This document shows, in pieces, positions 14,367 through 27,600 of a stretch of DNA of 64,000 nt. The stretch lies in contig NW_024704742.1 of NCBI RefSeq assembly GCF_018977255.1, positions 135,658,001 to 135,722,000 of the forward strand, written 5' to 3'. How positions within the stretch are numbered: position 1 is the first letter of the stretch; each line of letters opens with the position of its first letter. Made by a program: the position numbers and the translations under genes. Origin of the DNA: Callorhinchus milii. Its lineage: Eukaryota. Under the pieces are notes generated by a model. It saw nothing but the letters and a program-made list of their open reading frames with translations, ran no database searches and was not told where the DNA came from.

Positions 14367-14699
14367 GACAAATTGTTAGACAATAGTGTAAAGTGAATTG
14401 ACCCCTTGGGACGTCCTCCCGAAATGAAAGGCGCTCTATAAATGCAATCTTGTTGTTGTTGTTGTATGTTTTGTGGGTGAAACGTGACAGCCAATTGTGC
14501 ACAGCAGTGTCCAACAAATAGTCGTGGATTAAATGACCAAACTATTATTTTTTTTAAAAAAATTTTTTGGAAGGGATTATTATACCTGGAAGAGCAATCT
14601 CCCAATCGACCAACAATCAGGTTCCTACTTGCTGGTAAGTAAACAAAGGTGTGGAAGTTGCCTAAGGTTTCGCCCTACCCGACAAATCAGAAAGTATCA

Positions 14700-15310
14700 T
14701 TGAATCATAGAATTATACAGCACAGAAGGAGGCCATTCGGCCCATCGTGTCTGTACCGGCTCTTTGAAAAGACCTATCCAAATCAATCCCACTCCCCCGC
14801 GCTCTCCCCATAGCCCTGCAAACTTGTCCTCCCCAAATAATTATCTACTTCTGTCTTAAAAGTTGTCATCGAATCGGCTTCCACCACTCTTTCATGCAAT
14901 GCATTCCAGATCCAAAGAAGTCACTGTGTGAAAAAATTTCTCCTCACCTCCCCTCTGTTTCTTTTAACAACTATTTTAAATCGGTCCCCTCGGGTTACCG
15001 ACCCACCCGCCAGTGGAAACAGTTTCTCCCTGTTCACCCTATCAAGTCGCCCTGTAATTTTGAAAATTCTATTAATTTTATTCTATTAACCTCCATTTCA
15101 TCCTCTTAGCCTTCGCTGCTCCAAGAAGAAGAATCCTAGCTTCTCTCGCTTCTCCTGATAACTGAAGTCCCTCATTCCTGGTACCATCCTGGTCCATCTC
15201 CTTTGCGCCCTCTCTGATCCTTCACCTCCTTTAAGATTGTACCATTTGCTTATATGGCCTCTCCTCATGCTTCCTCCCAAATGCATCACTTTGCATTCAT
15301 CCACATGTCT
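14700..15310 (-). mobile_element. CR1 LINE 3' end
   Basis: QRRWTRMVPGMRDFSY..LEQRRLRG peptide and CR1 3' UTR with ttctatga-type tail; closely matches 17669-18315 and 53105-53550. Confidence 0.9.
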
Positions 15311-16854
15311 ACCAGTCTGTAATAATAATAAAAGTAGCAATAATAATATTTGATATAGGGCCTTATCAAGTCCTACTTACTGCTAGGTAAACAGAGGCAT
15401 GCGCGTGTGGAGTAAGGAAACTTGCCCACATTTCTATTTTTAGTCCTATAGCTCAGTGGTTAGAGCACTCGCCTCGCAAGCAAGAGATCTGAGGTCGATT
15501 CCCGACACGCCGAAACTTTGGGCAAGTTTCCTTACTCCACACGCTTAATAATAATCCCTGAGGAAAAAATAAATAAACAATAAAATTGGTCACTTCAATC
15601 CACGAATGTTTGTGGGACACTGCTGTGCATAATTGGGTGCCATGTTTCACCCACACAACATACAGTCAATTCACTTAACAGTATATTCTGTGAAGTGCTT
15701 TGAGACGTCCAGCAGATGTGAAAAGCGCTATATCAAATGCAAGGATTATTATTTCACCCCACCTGGGAATTGAACCCAGGTCTCTTGCTTGAGAGGCGAG
15801 TGATGGGTTTCTGCCTGTCGCAGACCAAAAACAACAGGATTACCAGCCTGTATTAATAATAATGGAAGTAATAATAATACTAATAGTCCTTGCATTTGAT
15901 ATAGCGCCTTATCAAATCCTACTTACTGCTAGGTAAACAGAGGCGAATGTGCGTGGAGATGCTAATTCACATTCTCTCTCCCCTCCATAACAATCTACTT
16001 CCATTGCCAACTCATAATAACTTGACGTCAAGCAATGCCTTTCAGGTTTATGAACCGAAGCTTTTGGATTACGGTTAAATCTGGTAGACCCAGTTACCAA
16101 AAGCACCTTCAACTTCCCACAGTTAATTAACGAGTAAAACAACATAACTGTGGTTTAGACTCACTACAAAGCATCGTGGTCAAAGGATACATCTCTCCCA
16201 CTTTATCCAAGAATGTATAACTCAGAAATAATCCACTGGATTTGCGCGGAACCTTATTACTGTTTGGTATCGGGTTTCAAGTGTAAGTCAATAGACCCGC
16301 ATTCTAAGTATTGCGAAGCAATAGGTGGCTGTATCACACAGCTGGTTATTTGAAAGGGACTTGGATGAACAGCTGAGGAAATAGAAAGAGATTGCTTTTT
16401 CCACCACATTGAAAGTGCCCCAAAGCACTGCACAGGTAATTACTTTCAGTTCTGGTGGCTCTTGTGTGTGCATTTGCAGGTACTCTCTCTCGCTCCTCTC
16501 ACTCTTCTACAAATCCGTTCATGCCCTGACATCCCCCTACTTTTCCGACCTGCTTTCTCCCCACTCCATTACCCATTGCCTACGCTCAGTAGGCTCTGGC
16601 CTCTTGCTTGTCCCTCATCCCTCCACCATCGGCGACTGTGCTTTCAGCCACTATGCCCAGAAGATTTGGAACTCTCTCCCCCCAATCCCTTGCTTGCCCC
16701 CTCCTTCCCCTCTTTTAGATCACGATTGAAAACATTCATCTTCGACCGTGCTTGCAGTCACCTCCTCCTTCCCCCCGGCTTGGTGTCAGGCGCCGCCACT
16801 GTTTAGCACTCAAAGACACTGATCCACATGAAGGGCGCTTTATAAATGCAAGTT

Positions 16855-17668
16855 GTCCCACTCTATCCTCATCCACCGCCTCTCCTCTCACCTCAACCTT
16901 CACGGTTCTGACCTTGACTGGTTCAGATCGTACCTCTCACACCGCCTCCACTTCATCTACACAAACGGTTTTTCCTTCAGTCTCGTGCGGCGTTCCTCAG
17001 AGCTCTGTCCTTGGTCCCCTCCTCTTCAATATCTATATACTCCCTCTTGGTAACATCATCAACTTCTACATGTATGCGAATGACACGCAACTATACCTCT
17101 CTGCCTCCACCCTTGACTCCAGCACCACTGCTGTCCTGCCAGAACGTCTATAATCCTTGCATTTGATATAGCGCTTTTCACGTCAGGAGGACGTCCCAAA
17201 GCGCTTCACAGAATACACTGTAAAGTGAATTGACTGTATATTTGTGGGCGAACACGGCAGCGAATTGCGCACAGCAATGTCCCATAAACAGTCGTAGATT
17301 GAAAATGACCAATTTAATTATTGTTTTTTGGTTTTTTGGAGGGATTATTATTAGGCTCTGTGTGGAGTAAGGAAACTTGCCCAAGGTTTCGCCCTCTGCC
17401 TGGAATTGAACTCAGGTCTCTCGCTTGCAAAGCGAGTGCTCTAACCACTGAGCTACAGGACTCCACTCTGTCAGACATCAAGTCCTACATGAGACCTAAT
17501 TGTCTTCAGTTGAACATCGACAAGACCGAGGCTCTCCTGGTTGGCTCCCGTCAGCGCCTCCTCACCTCTGGCACTGACAGCATCACCATCCAAAGAATCA
17601 CACTCCAACTTACTAAGTCAGTCCGGAAACTTGGGTCTTGTTTGACCCTCAACTATCCTTTCTACCGG
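16855..17668 (+). mobile_element. L2 LINE RT fragment interrupted by a young SINE (17150-17464)
   Basis: [13 protein letters not shown] and YANDTQLY; resumes after the SINE with LSDIKSYMRPNCLQLNIDKTE. Confidence 0.88.
17150..17464 (-). mobile_element. Young tRNA(Ala)-headed Deu-core SINE
   Basis: Full head ggagtcctgtagctcagtggttagagc through the aaatgcaaggatta tail. Confidence 0.92.
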
Positions 17669-18315
17669 CATACGGGATACTAGGCCTTATAAATAGGGGC
17701 ATAAAATACAAAACCCAGGAAGTTATGACAAACCTTTATAAATCACTGGTTAGGCCCCAGATAGAGACTGTGTTCAGTTCTGGGCACCAAACTTTAGGAA
17801 GGATGTCAAGGCATTGGAAAGGATGCAAAGGAGGTTTACCAGAATGGTACCAGGAATGAGGGACTTCAGTTATCAGGAGAGGCGAGGGACGCTAGGATTA
17901 TTCTCCTTGGAGCAGAGAAGGTTAAGAGGAGACTTAATAGAAGTTTTCAAAATTATGAGGGGATTCGATAGGGTGAACAAGGAGAAACTATTCCCACTGG
18001 TGGGTGGGTCGGTAACCGAGGGCACCGATTTAAAATAGTTGTTAAAAGAAACAGAGGGGAGGTGAGGAGAAATGTTTTCACGCAGCGAGTTATTGGGATC
18101 TGGAATGCATTGCCTGAAGGGTGGTGGAAGCCGATTCGATAACAACTTTTAAGAGAGAAGAAGATAATTATTTGTGGAGGACAAGTTTGCAGGATATGGG
18201 AGAGAGCGGGGGAGTGGGATTGATTTGGATAGCTTTTTTCGAAGAGTCGGCACAGACACGATGGGCCCACTGATCTCCTTCTGTGCTGTATAATTGTATT
18301 ATTCTTTGATCTATG
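17669..18315 (+). mobile_element. CR1 LINE 3' end inserted at an L2 fragment
   Basis: LYKSLVRPQ, QRRFTRMVPGM, LEQRRLRGDLIEVFKIM and the CR1 3' UTR. Confidence 0.92.
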
Positions 18316-18686
18316 AATGCCAGCGGAGGACTGATGCACAATAAAGAATGAAAATATAAAACAGGAATTCTTCTTAATAATTAATCCTTGTATTTGACAT
18401 AGTGCATTATCCCGTTGGTGAAATGTCTCAAAGTGCTTCCCATGGGCCCTTTAAAGTCATTTTTTTTTATTCCCGGTAATAATGGTTGCATTTGCTATAA
18501 ACATGCCTTTTCATGTCAGGAGGACGTCTCAAAATGCTTGACAGGATTTTACTGTGAAGTGAAGTGACTGCATATCTGTTGGCAAATGTGGCAGCCAAAT
18601 AGCAAACAGGATGAATATAATACAGACTACATGTACTGATGATTATAGTCTCTACACTCACTGTCTGATCTTAAAATCTACACTTG

Positions 18687-19055
18687 GGAGTCCTGTAGAG
18701 TAATGCTTAGAGCACTCGCCTCGCAAGCGAGAGGACCTGAGTTCGATGCCCGGGCAAGGCAAAACCTTAGGCAAGTTTCCTGACTCTACGCGTTTCTGTT
18801 TACCTCGCATTAAGTAGGAACCCAGTTATTAATTGATTGGCAGATCGCTTTTCTGGGGGTAATAATCCCTTCAAACATTTTTAAAAAATTATTTGGCTAC
18901 GCAATCCACGACTGTTTATGGGACACTGCTGCGCAAAATTAGCTGCCGCGTTTTGCCCACAAAATACGCAGTCAATTCACGTGTATTCCGTGAAGCGCTT
19001 TGAGACATCTTGAAGACGTGGTGAGATGCTATATGAAATGCAAGGGTTATCGTTT
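18687..19055 (+). mobile_element. Older long-form tRNA(Ala)-headed SINE
   Basis: Same head and tail as the young copies, plus an internal ctgtttacct...gtaggaaccc...gattggcagatcgc segment; similar copies near 20853, 23545, 40860, 41800 and 60800. Confidence 0.85.
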
Positions 19056-19468
19056 TATAAGTGAAATGACCTTAAAGGCGTAATCGGCCGCAAATTGCAC
19101 ACAGGATAAATAGAGAATATAATAGAGACTGCATTTACTGATGATTACAGACTACACCCGCTGACTGATATTTCCATCCATCACGTGTCATAAACAGCGC
19201 ATGACATGCACTAACATTCCCACCCTCCCCCACCTCCCTCACAATCTTCTTTATGAAACTTAGTGGAAAAAAGGAACTTTCTCTTAACATAAAAAGCCTG
19301 TAATTAGGGCAGCGTTCGCTGAGCCATGTGGGTAATTCACTAGGCAGAGCTCAAGGCATCATTGACATTTCCTGGGATTAGCAGGGACGTTAATTATTTA
19401 AACCCTGCAGTTTCTCTGCCTCAGTCGGTTGATTTTCAGCGCATAGTGAGCAGATCTGCCTCCAAATC

Positions 19469-19870
19469 AGCCTGACTCGGTTGGTAGCACTCTCCCCTCT
19501 GAGTCAGAAGGTTATGGGTTCAAATCCCACGTCAGGACTTGGAATTCACACAATCGCACAGTCTAAGCTGACACTCCAATGCAGTGCTGGGATGCGCTGC
19601 ATTGTCGGAGGTGCCGTCCTTCGGATGAGACATCAAACTGAGGTCCTGTCTGCCTGTTCAAGTGGATGTTAAAGATCCCCATGGTACGATTCGAAAAGCG
19701 AGGGCAGTTTCTCTCTCCCGGTGTCCTGGCCAACAATCCCCCAAATAAAATTAGCCACTTACTCCGTGGCTGTTTGTGGGTCATTGCTGTGGTTTCCGTG
19801 TTCGCCCACAAAAACACACAGTCACTAGATTTGACAGTATATCCTGTGAAGCGCTTTGGGAAGTCCAGTG
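19469..19870 (+). mobile_element. DeuSINE (AmnSINE1/SacSINE1-like) with a different tRNA-like head
   Basis: gcattgtcggaggtgccgtccttcggatgagac...gttaaagatccc...cctggccaac core recognised from the Deu domain; other copies near 3856, 22240, 27390(-), 32243 and 36720. Confidence 0.8.
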
Positions 19871-22800
19871 AGTTTTGAATTTACACTCGTCTCTTCGTTC
19901 TCACGGTTTTATAATAATCCTTAGATTTGATAATAATAATCCTTGCATTTGATATAGTGCCCTATCAAGTCGTTGAGACTTCTCAAAGCGCTTTGTGTAA
20001 TATATTGTAAAGTGGATTGAGTGTATATTTAGTGGGCAAAACCAGGCCGCCAATTGCCCACATTATGTCCCACAAACAGACTTAGTGACCACATTTTTTG
20101 GGGGATGGATTATTACCCCTCGAAAGCAATCCGCCAATTGACTAACAACTGGGTTCCTACTTGCTGATAGGTAAACAGAGGCATGTGGAGTAAGGCTAAG
20201 GTTACACCCCACCTGGGAATCAAACCCGAGGTCTCTCGCTTGCTACAGGATTTAATATAGCTCCTTTCACATAAGAGGACATCCCGAGTACACTCATCTA
20301 AACTCGCTGGCCAACACACACGTCTCCACACACAGCAGAGAGAGATCCCATTTGTCATATTTAAGTTGCTAACAAGAAAAAACAGGAGAGGATTAGGAGG
20401 TCAGAGGTGTTTAGGCTCTCACACATCCAGGTTGTAACATGCCTCACCACAAAGGATTTGGAAACCAAGTCTGTCAATCTATTTGGAAGGAGTTAGATAC
20501 ATATTTTGAAGGAATAACATCAAAGGGAAAGCGATTACTCTGGAAAACTGTAGTGCAGAAGTCATCACCAGCACAGATATGGTGAGCAAATAACAGGGGA
20601 ATGGGATTAGAGTAGAGAGCTCCAGTGGGGAAGTGAGCACCAGCACAGACATGATGGGAATGCAAAGTAGTTGACCAAGTACTGATGTCAGCCTGACTCT
20701 ATCAGTCTCACTCTCGTCTCTTGTAGAGACTTTCAATCCAATGGCAAGGAACTGTACAGATGCTTGAGAGAGAACAATATGTGAGGGAGGGGTGTAGCGA
20801 GTGAGAGTGTGGGAATAGATTAGGTGGAGAAACCAATCTTGTGGAGTCTTGTATTTATTAGACCACTTGCCTTGCAAACAAGAGGACCTGGGTTCGATTC
20901 CTGGGCGGGGTGAACTCTTAGGCAAGTTTCCCTACTCCACGTACCTCTGTTTATCTAGCAGTAAATAGGAACCCGGTTGTTAGTCGATTGGCAGACTGCT
21001 TCCCGGGGTAATATTCCTTTCCAAAATAACTATAAATAAATAGGTCACTCAACCCACGACTGTTTCTGGGGCACTGCTGTTCGCAATTGGTTGTTGCGTT
21101 TTGCCCACAAAATATATCGTCAATTCACTTTACATTATATTCTGTGAAGCACTTTGAGACGTCGAGAAGCTGTGAAAAGCGCTATATCAAATGCAAGGAT
21201 TATTATTATATTAATAATAAAAAAATGAGTGGTGTGTTGTCGGGCTGAGTGGCCTGATGGCAGTCTACAAAGGGTTAAGGCCGCTTCACTTGGCCTGTCT
21301 CCATCATCGCTTTATCAGTTATATGCAAATCTGCAGTGGAGACATATTCCAGGATGTCTGTGGGAGTTGTTATCGGGAGTAAAATCAATGGAAGTGAACA
21401 TTGGAAGTTCACTTCCAACAATGGAAGTGAAATAACTAATCACTAGAATCTCCCAGCGGCCTTTCACACACAGAATGAAGGCCATTTCACTTCTTAGCGA
21501 TCCAGAAACACAGCAAAATGTACTGTAGCACTGCCCCAGGCTAACCACATTAGAACCGTAAACATTTACAGCACAGAAGGAGACCATTCGACCTGTCATG
21601 TCTGTGCTAGATGTTTTAAAGAGTAACCTTCCAGTCCCATTTCCTTCCCCCTTTTCCCCATACCCCAGTAGATGACTTTCTGTTTTAGGTATCGATCTAG
21701 TTCCCTTTTGAAAGGATTTTTTGTCAATCAGCATTCCCAGCAGGACATATCCTAATTACTCTCGATATGAAAAACAGGCTTCTAACTTCCTCATTTGGCT
21801 ATTTCCTAACGATTTTAAATGGATGCTCTCTAGTCACTGCCTCATTCCTTGTTTCATAATTTAGCATAGCAAGCGAGAGGACCTGAGTTTGATTCCTGGG
21901 CAGGATGAAACATTAGGCAAGTTTCCTTACTCCACACCTAGTAGTAAGTAGCAACCTGTTGTTACTGGATTGGCGGATCGCTTTCAGGGGGTAGTAATCT
22001 GTCCCAAAAATTTGGTCATTCAATCCACAACTGTTTGTGGATCACTGATGTATGCAATTGGCTGCTGCGTTTCACCCATAAAATACGCAGTCCATCCACT
22101 TTACAGTATATCCTGTAAAATACTTTGAGAAATCTCGACGACGTGATAAGGCTCTATATCAAATCCAAGGATTATTATTATAATAACTTATGTCTTTCTT
22201 TTTCTTCCCCACCTCGGCCAATTCATCCTTTGTAAGTTTGGCTCAGTTGGTGCACTCTAGCCTCCGAGGCAGATAGTTGTGAGCTCCAGCCCCATGTTGG
22301 GACTTAGAATTCATACAGTCTAAGCTGACACTCCAAATCAATGCTCCAAGGTATGGCGGATTGGGGAGGATGCGTTGCATTGTCTAATATGCCGTCCTTC
22401 AGATGAGATGTTAAACTGAGGTCTTGCCTTTGCCTGTTTAGGAGACGTTAAAGATCCCGTGGCACTATTTGGTGTCCTGGCTGACAATCCCCCAAATAAA
22501 ATTTTATCTGGGCAATTGTCAGCCAGGACATCAGAAGAAAGACTCTCTTCTGTACATGGCTGTTTGTGGGACATTTCCGTGTGCATATTGAAAAAGAGGA
22601 GAAAGGGGGCAAGATGGAGGGATTGAGGGAGAGCCCAGGGTTTCTACTTACCACAAGGTAAACAGAGGCGTGTGGAGTAAGGAAACTTGCTCTGCCCGGG
22701 AAACAAATCCAGGTCCTCTCACTTGCGAGGCGAGTGCACTAACACTACAGGACTTTATTTTATCCAGTGGTGCACAGACTCTCGAAGTGCCAATCGACAC

Positions 22801-24250
22801 ACCCACAGAAATTAGCAAACTTAGAATTAATGACCTAATGCACACACACTGAGAGGCTAACACATGAACTTCCAGTCAGCCGTGTACCTGTTGTACTCAC
22901 CAAAGATTAGAAGATTGGTTTAGGTGAAACAGACTTTTCTCAAAGTCCATTTGATCTCATCCTTACTCCCTACTGACCCACCACACTCTCACTCCCCACA
23001 AACACAGCATCGAACTGCTTTTTTCAAATGAGCCCCAGTATCCAGGTTTAGGAACATAGGAACAGGAGGAGGCCATTCAGCCCTTTGAGCCTGTTCCGCC
23101 ATTTAATTAGATCATGGCTGATCTGCACCTCAACTAATCCTTTCAATTCCAATCTCCCGCTTTCTCTCCATATCCCTTCATCCCCTGACCTTCCAAAAAT
23201 CTATCAACCTCACTCTTGAAGGTGTGGATAGATCCAGCATCCACGGCCTTTTGGGGGAGAGAATTCCAGATTTCTATCTCCCTTTGAGTGAAAAAATTCT
23301 TCTTGATTTCATTCTTAAATGGGCCTGGTTCTGATTTTAAGACTACTTCCCTTGTTTTGGCTTCAACCACCCTTCCTGGCAGCCCTGTTCGAGTCATGAA
23401 TTACCCTCGGGGTAAAGAAATATGCCATCGTGTCTCCCTGAACTTGTCCTTTACAACTTTTGAACCTATGTCCTCCTGTTCTGTTGCTTTCGAACAACTT
23501 ATCTTGCATTTATATATCACCCGTCTCGGAAGACTTGGAGCACTTATAATAATAATAATCCCTGTATTTGATATAGCGCCTTATCACGTTGTTGAGGCGT
23601 CTCAAAGCACTTCACAGAATATATTGTAAAGTGGATTGACTGTGTATTTTGGGGGAGAAATATAGCAGCCAATTGTGCACAGCAATGTCTCACAAACAAC
23701 AGTGGATTGAGTGACCACTTTTTTTTGGAGGGATTATTATCACCGGAAAGAGATCTGCCAATCGACTAACAACTAGGTTACTACTTACTGCTCAGAAAAC
23801 AGAGGAGTGTGGAGTAAGGAAGGAAGCCTAAGGTCTTGCCCTGCTCAGGAATCAAACCCTGGTCCTCTCGTTTGCAAGGCGAGTGAGCTAACCACTATGC
23901 TACAGGACTTCACTTCACAATGTACGGTCACTACACTGGACAGCGATTGCCTTTGAGACGTTTCAATGTGATTAAGGAGCCGTCAAAAACACAAGAGTTC
24001 TTCCTGAGGTTACACAATCCTACAGTCACGCAGTGGAAGTTACATCACGAACACACCCAGCTTTAGGAGCGGTGGGAGGCTGGGATATGATTCACATCAT
24101 TTCCCAGCCTCCCACTCCTCCTGCAGGGAAGGGAAATGAGGCCGGTTGGGAACAAACACCGTCTACTCAAAATAATTCCCCCCCCCTTCCCCCAATTCAT
24201 TACAGAGTCTTGCTCGCTCGCTGTGCAATGCGAGCTGTGTTTTTTTCTTG

Positions 24251-24600
24251 GTCAGCCGGGTGTCTGACACATGCGGAAACCTATCACCGTGCTTAAGAGT
24301 CTCCAAACCAAACTGAGAATTCCATTCATCCCATCTACACCTGCAAATCCCAGAGATAGATTGTCGGAATTGAATGGATACTTTCTCCCTGGGGGGACAC
24401 ATCCTGCTTATCGAACTCCGGAGAGTATTGGGCGCAGGTTGGCAAGAGCCAAGCCTTGAGGACTCCAGAGTGTGCGGTGGGGGGTAACTGTTAGAGTCTA
24501 ACCAGCTAAAACCACAGAGCTTGCCATTGATATTGCCGTATGGCAAGCATTCCCGTTGCTTGTCCACCTAGGAACACCCTACCTATTAGGGCTTTGGCTT
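24251..24600 (-). repeat. Unclassified dispersed repeat family, copy
   Basis: Matches 2820-3170 and 29861-30150; preceded by a T run on + (A tail on -). Confidence 0.8.
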
Positions 24601-27600
24601 GTATGCATTTTTGTCCCCATATAAAGTACTTCATATGGGGATAAAAAAATCCTGGCAGGGACTATCACTTGAACAAAATTTTCTCCCACAAAATAGACAG
24701 TCAATTCACTTTACAGTACATCTTGTGAAGTGCTTTGAGACATCTGAATGGCGTGATAAGGCACTATATCAAATGCAAGGATTATTATTATCATATTATT
24801 ATTCCTCCTCAATATTAAAGCTTTGGGAACACTGCCAGGGCCCAGCAGGTCAATGTCTCTGGAAATATGGACACAAAAGCAGCTCTTGGGAGAAGGTCAA
24901 TCCAACCGAGCAGCCAGAGGGTGTCTGTATCTGGCTCCCCACACCCCCCGCATCCACCTACATCCCCATGTGTGTCCTCACCAGGATGGTGCCTATCTCC
25001 CTCAGCGACCTCCTGCTCAGTGGTGAGTATTTGGAACAGTAATTACCATTTACACAGGAGCAGGTCACACACAGCCAACGCCCCCACCCTCCCACCCCCG
25101 ACTCCCTCAACTCCCCTTGTCCCCTCTCCTGTGTCCCGGAGTACTGTGGCACAGTGGTTAGTTCGCTCGCCTAGCAAGCAAGTGGACCTGAGTTCGATTC
25201 CCGACTGAGGAGAAACCTTAGACAAGTTTCCCTACTCCACACGCCTCTGTTTACCCAACAGTAAATAGAAACTCGGTTATTAGTCGATTGGCGGGTAATA
25301 ATCCCTCCAAAAAAAGAAATAATAATAATTTGCATTTCTACATAATATAATAATAATCTGTATATTTGATACAGCGCCTTATCACGTTGTCAAGACGTCT
25401 CAAAGCGCTTCACAGATTATACTGTAAAGTGAATTGGTGGTGTATTTTGTGGACGAAACGCAGCAGCCAATTGCTCACAGGAGCGTCCCCACAAACAGTC
25501 GTGGATTGAGTGACCACATTTTCTTTAAGGTTGAATTTAAGGATCGTGCAAAGCAAACCTTTCACAACAACAACAACAACATCAACATCACCAGAATTAC
25601 ACTTGTACAGCTCCTTTCACGTCGGGAGGACATCTCAAGGCGCTGGACGGTCAGAGTTTCGGACCTGAGCTGGGGGTCGGAATTGGGGAGGGTGGACGGC
25701 GGGTGGGGGGAGGGGGGAAGCAGGGTTTTGCAGTAAGGGACAGACACAGAATAGCGGGTTTTCTCCTCTCCCCTCCTTCCCCACTCTCAAAACCACAAAT
25801 ATACTCGATGTCAGGAACTATCTCTCAGAACATCTCGCAAGGATCTCACAAAATGCTTTGAACATTTTCTCCCAACCACAGAAACAGTGTCAGTTATTTC
25901 TGTTAGTTGGGAAACGCTAACTTTTCGCTTCGTAACAGGTTTATTGCAGAATGTGTGGGGCCCCGTCGGGAGGACGTCTTAAAGCGCTTCACAGAATATT
26001 ATTATTATTATTATTGATATTGTTATTATACACTGTAAAGTGCAATGGATTGAACCCTGTAGTTAGTTCATTGGCGGATCGATTTCTGGGAGTAATAAAC
26101 TCTTCAAAAAAAATTCCACCACTGTTTGTGGACACTGCTGTGCATTCAGCCACAAAATACAGTCGATCTAATTTACAATACTGTGACGCCCTTAGAGACA
26201 TCTCAACAATGTGGTAAGGTGCTGTATCAAATGCAATCATTATTACGATCCCTTCTCCCTCATTTAAGGAAGCAAGACCAGATGGGAATAAGGGATGGGA
26301 ATAAGTGGAAAGAGGGCTTTAACTTCCCTCCAAACCTTCTTCCCACACACAAACTCCACCTCCCACCCTATACTGTATCCAACTACATCGTGGAACAACA
26401 ACATCAACAACTTGCATTTACATAGCGCCTCTCACTCAGGGTAGCATCCTAGAGCGCTTGAAAATGGTGCAACAGGCAAAACTCGCCCTGTTCCCACGAT
26501 TAAGATGTGTGTTAGAATTTCCTGGGAATAGTGAAATAAGGAGAAGAAAGAATGCTCCCTATTCCCGTGGGCTATAATGGGTTAAGTTGAAAGTTACCAT
26601 CTGTTCAGGGGAAAACAATATAGCATGAAATGAACCCTGTGAGCAGAGAATCTGTCCCTGCTCATAGCTCGTACAGAAGGGCTCCAATGGAACCCAATGC
26701 AACTCGAACCCACTCAACCCAAACCAACTCAATAACAACAAAATCACATTTGCATAGCAAACTGCTCGGGATTTCAACCCGAGCAGTGAAGATAGGGGTA
26801 GAGAGATGGCCGAAAGCTCGGGCGAAGAGGGGGTCTCAAGATGGGCCTTAACGGGCAAACTCAATCCCTTGGGCAGGTATCTCTCTCAGTGAGGAACTCA
26901 CACTATAAGTGAGCGTCACCTCAACCAAAAGCGCCATCTATTGGACAAATTACAATTACAACCAATTACACCAAAGCAGTGTTGGGGGTAGGTTGGGTTG
27001 GGTTGTGAGCAGGGGCAGGGGGGAGAAGCACTGCACGGTTGGAGATGATGTGCTTCGGACAACAAGAAGTTACATTTCTATAGCGCTTTTCACGTCAAGA
27101 CATTAAACCAATGTTGGATGGTCTGTAAAGATCCCATTCAAAACGAGGAGGCAATTCCTCCATGTGTCCTAGCCAACAATCCCCCCAGATAAAATTGTTC
27201 ACTCACTTCACTTTGTGGTTGTTTGTGGGATGTTGCATTGCGCAAATTGGTTACGCACAAAAATGAACAGGCACTACACTATTCAGTAAAATCCCGTGAA
27301 GCGCTTTGAGACGTTTTGACGGCATGACAAGGGTGCAGTATCAAGGATTATTATTATTACTACTATTATTATTCGCAGGCTTTCAACAATAATCCTTGCA
27401 TTTGATATAGTGTACTATAGTCGTCAAAACATCTCAAAGTGCTTCGCAGGATATACTGTAAAGTGAATTGACTGTATATTTTATGGATGAATGTGGCAGC
27501 CAGTTGCACACAGCAGTGTCCCACAAACAGCCATACAGTGAGCGACCGATTTTATTTGGGGGGATTGTTGGCCAGGACACTATTCTCTTTTTGAATAGTG

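Noticed and set aside
15975..16290. Unique island with tttcag| and |gtaagt sites on +
   Set aside because: All three frames contain stops; it could be a non-coding exon but there is no further support.
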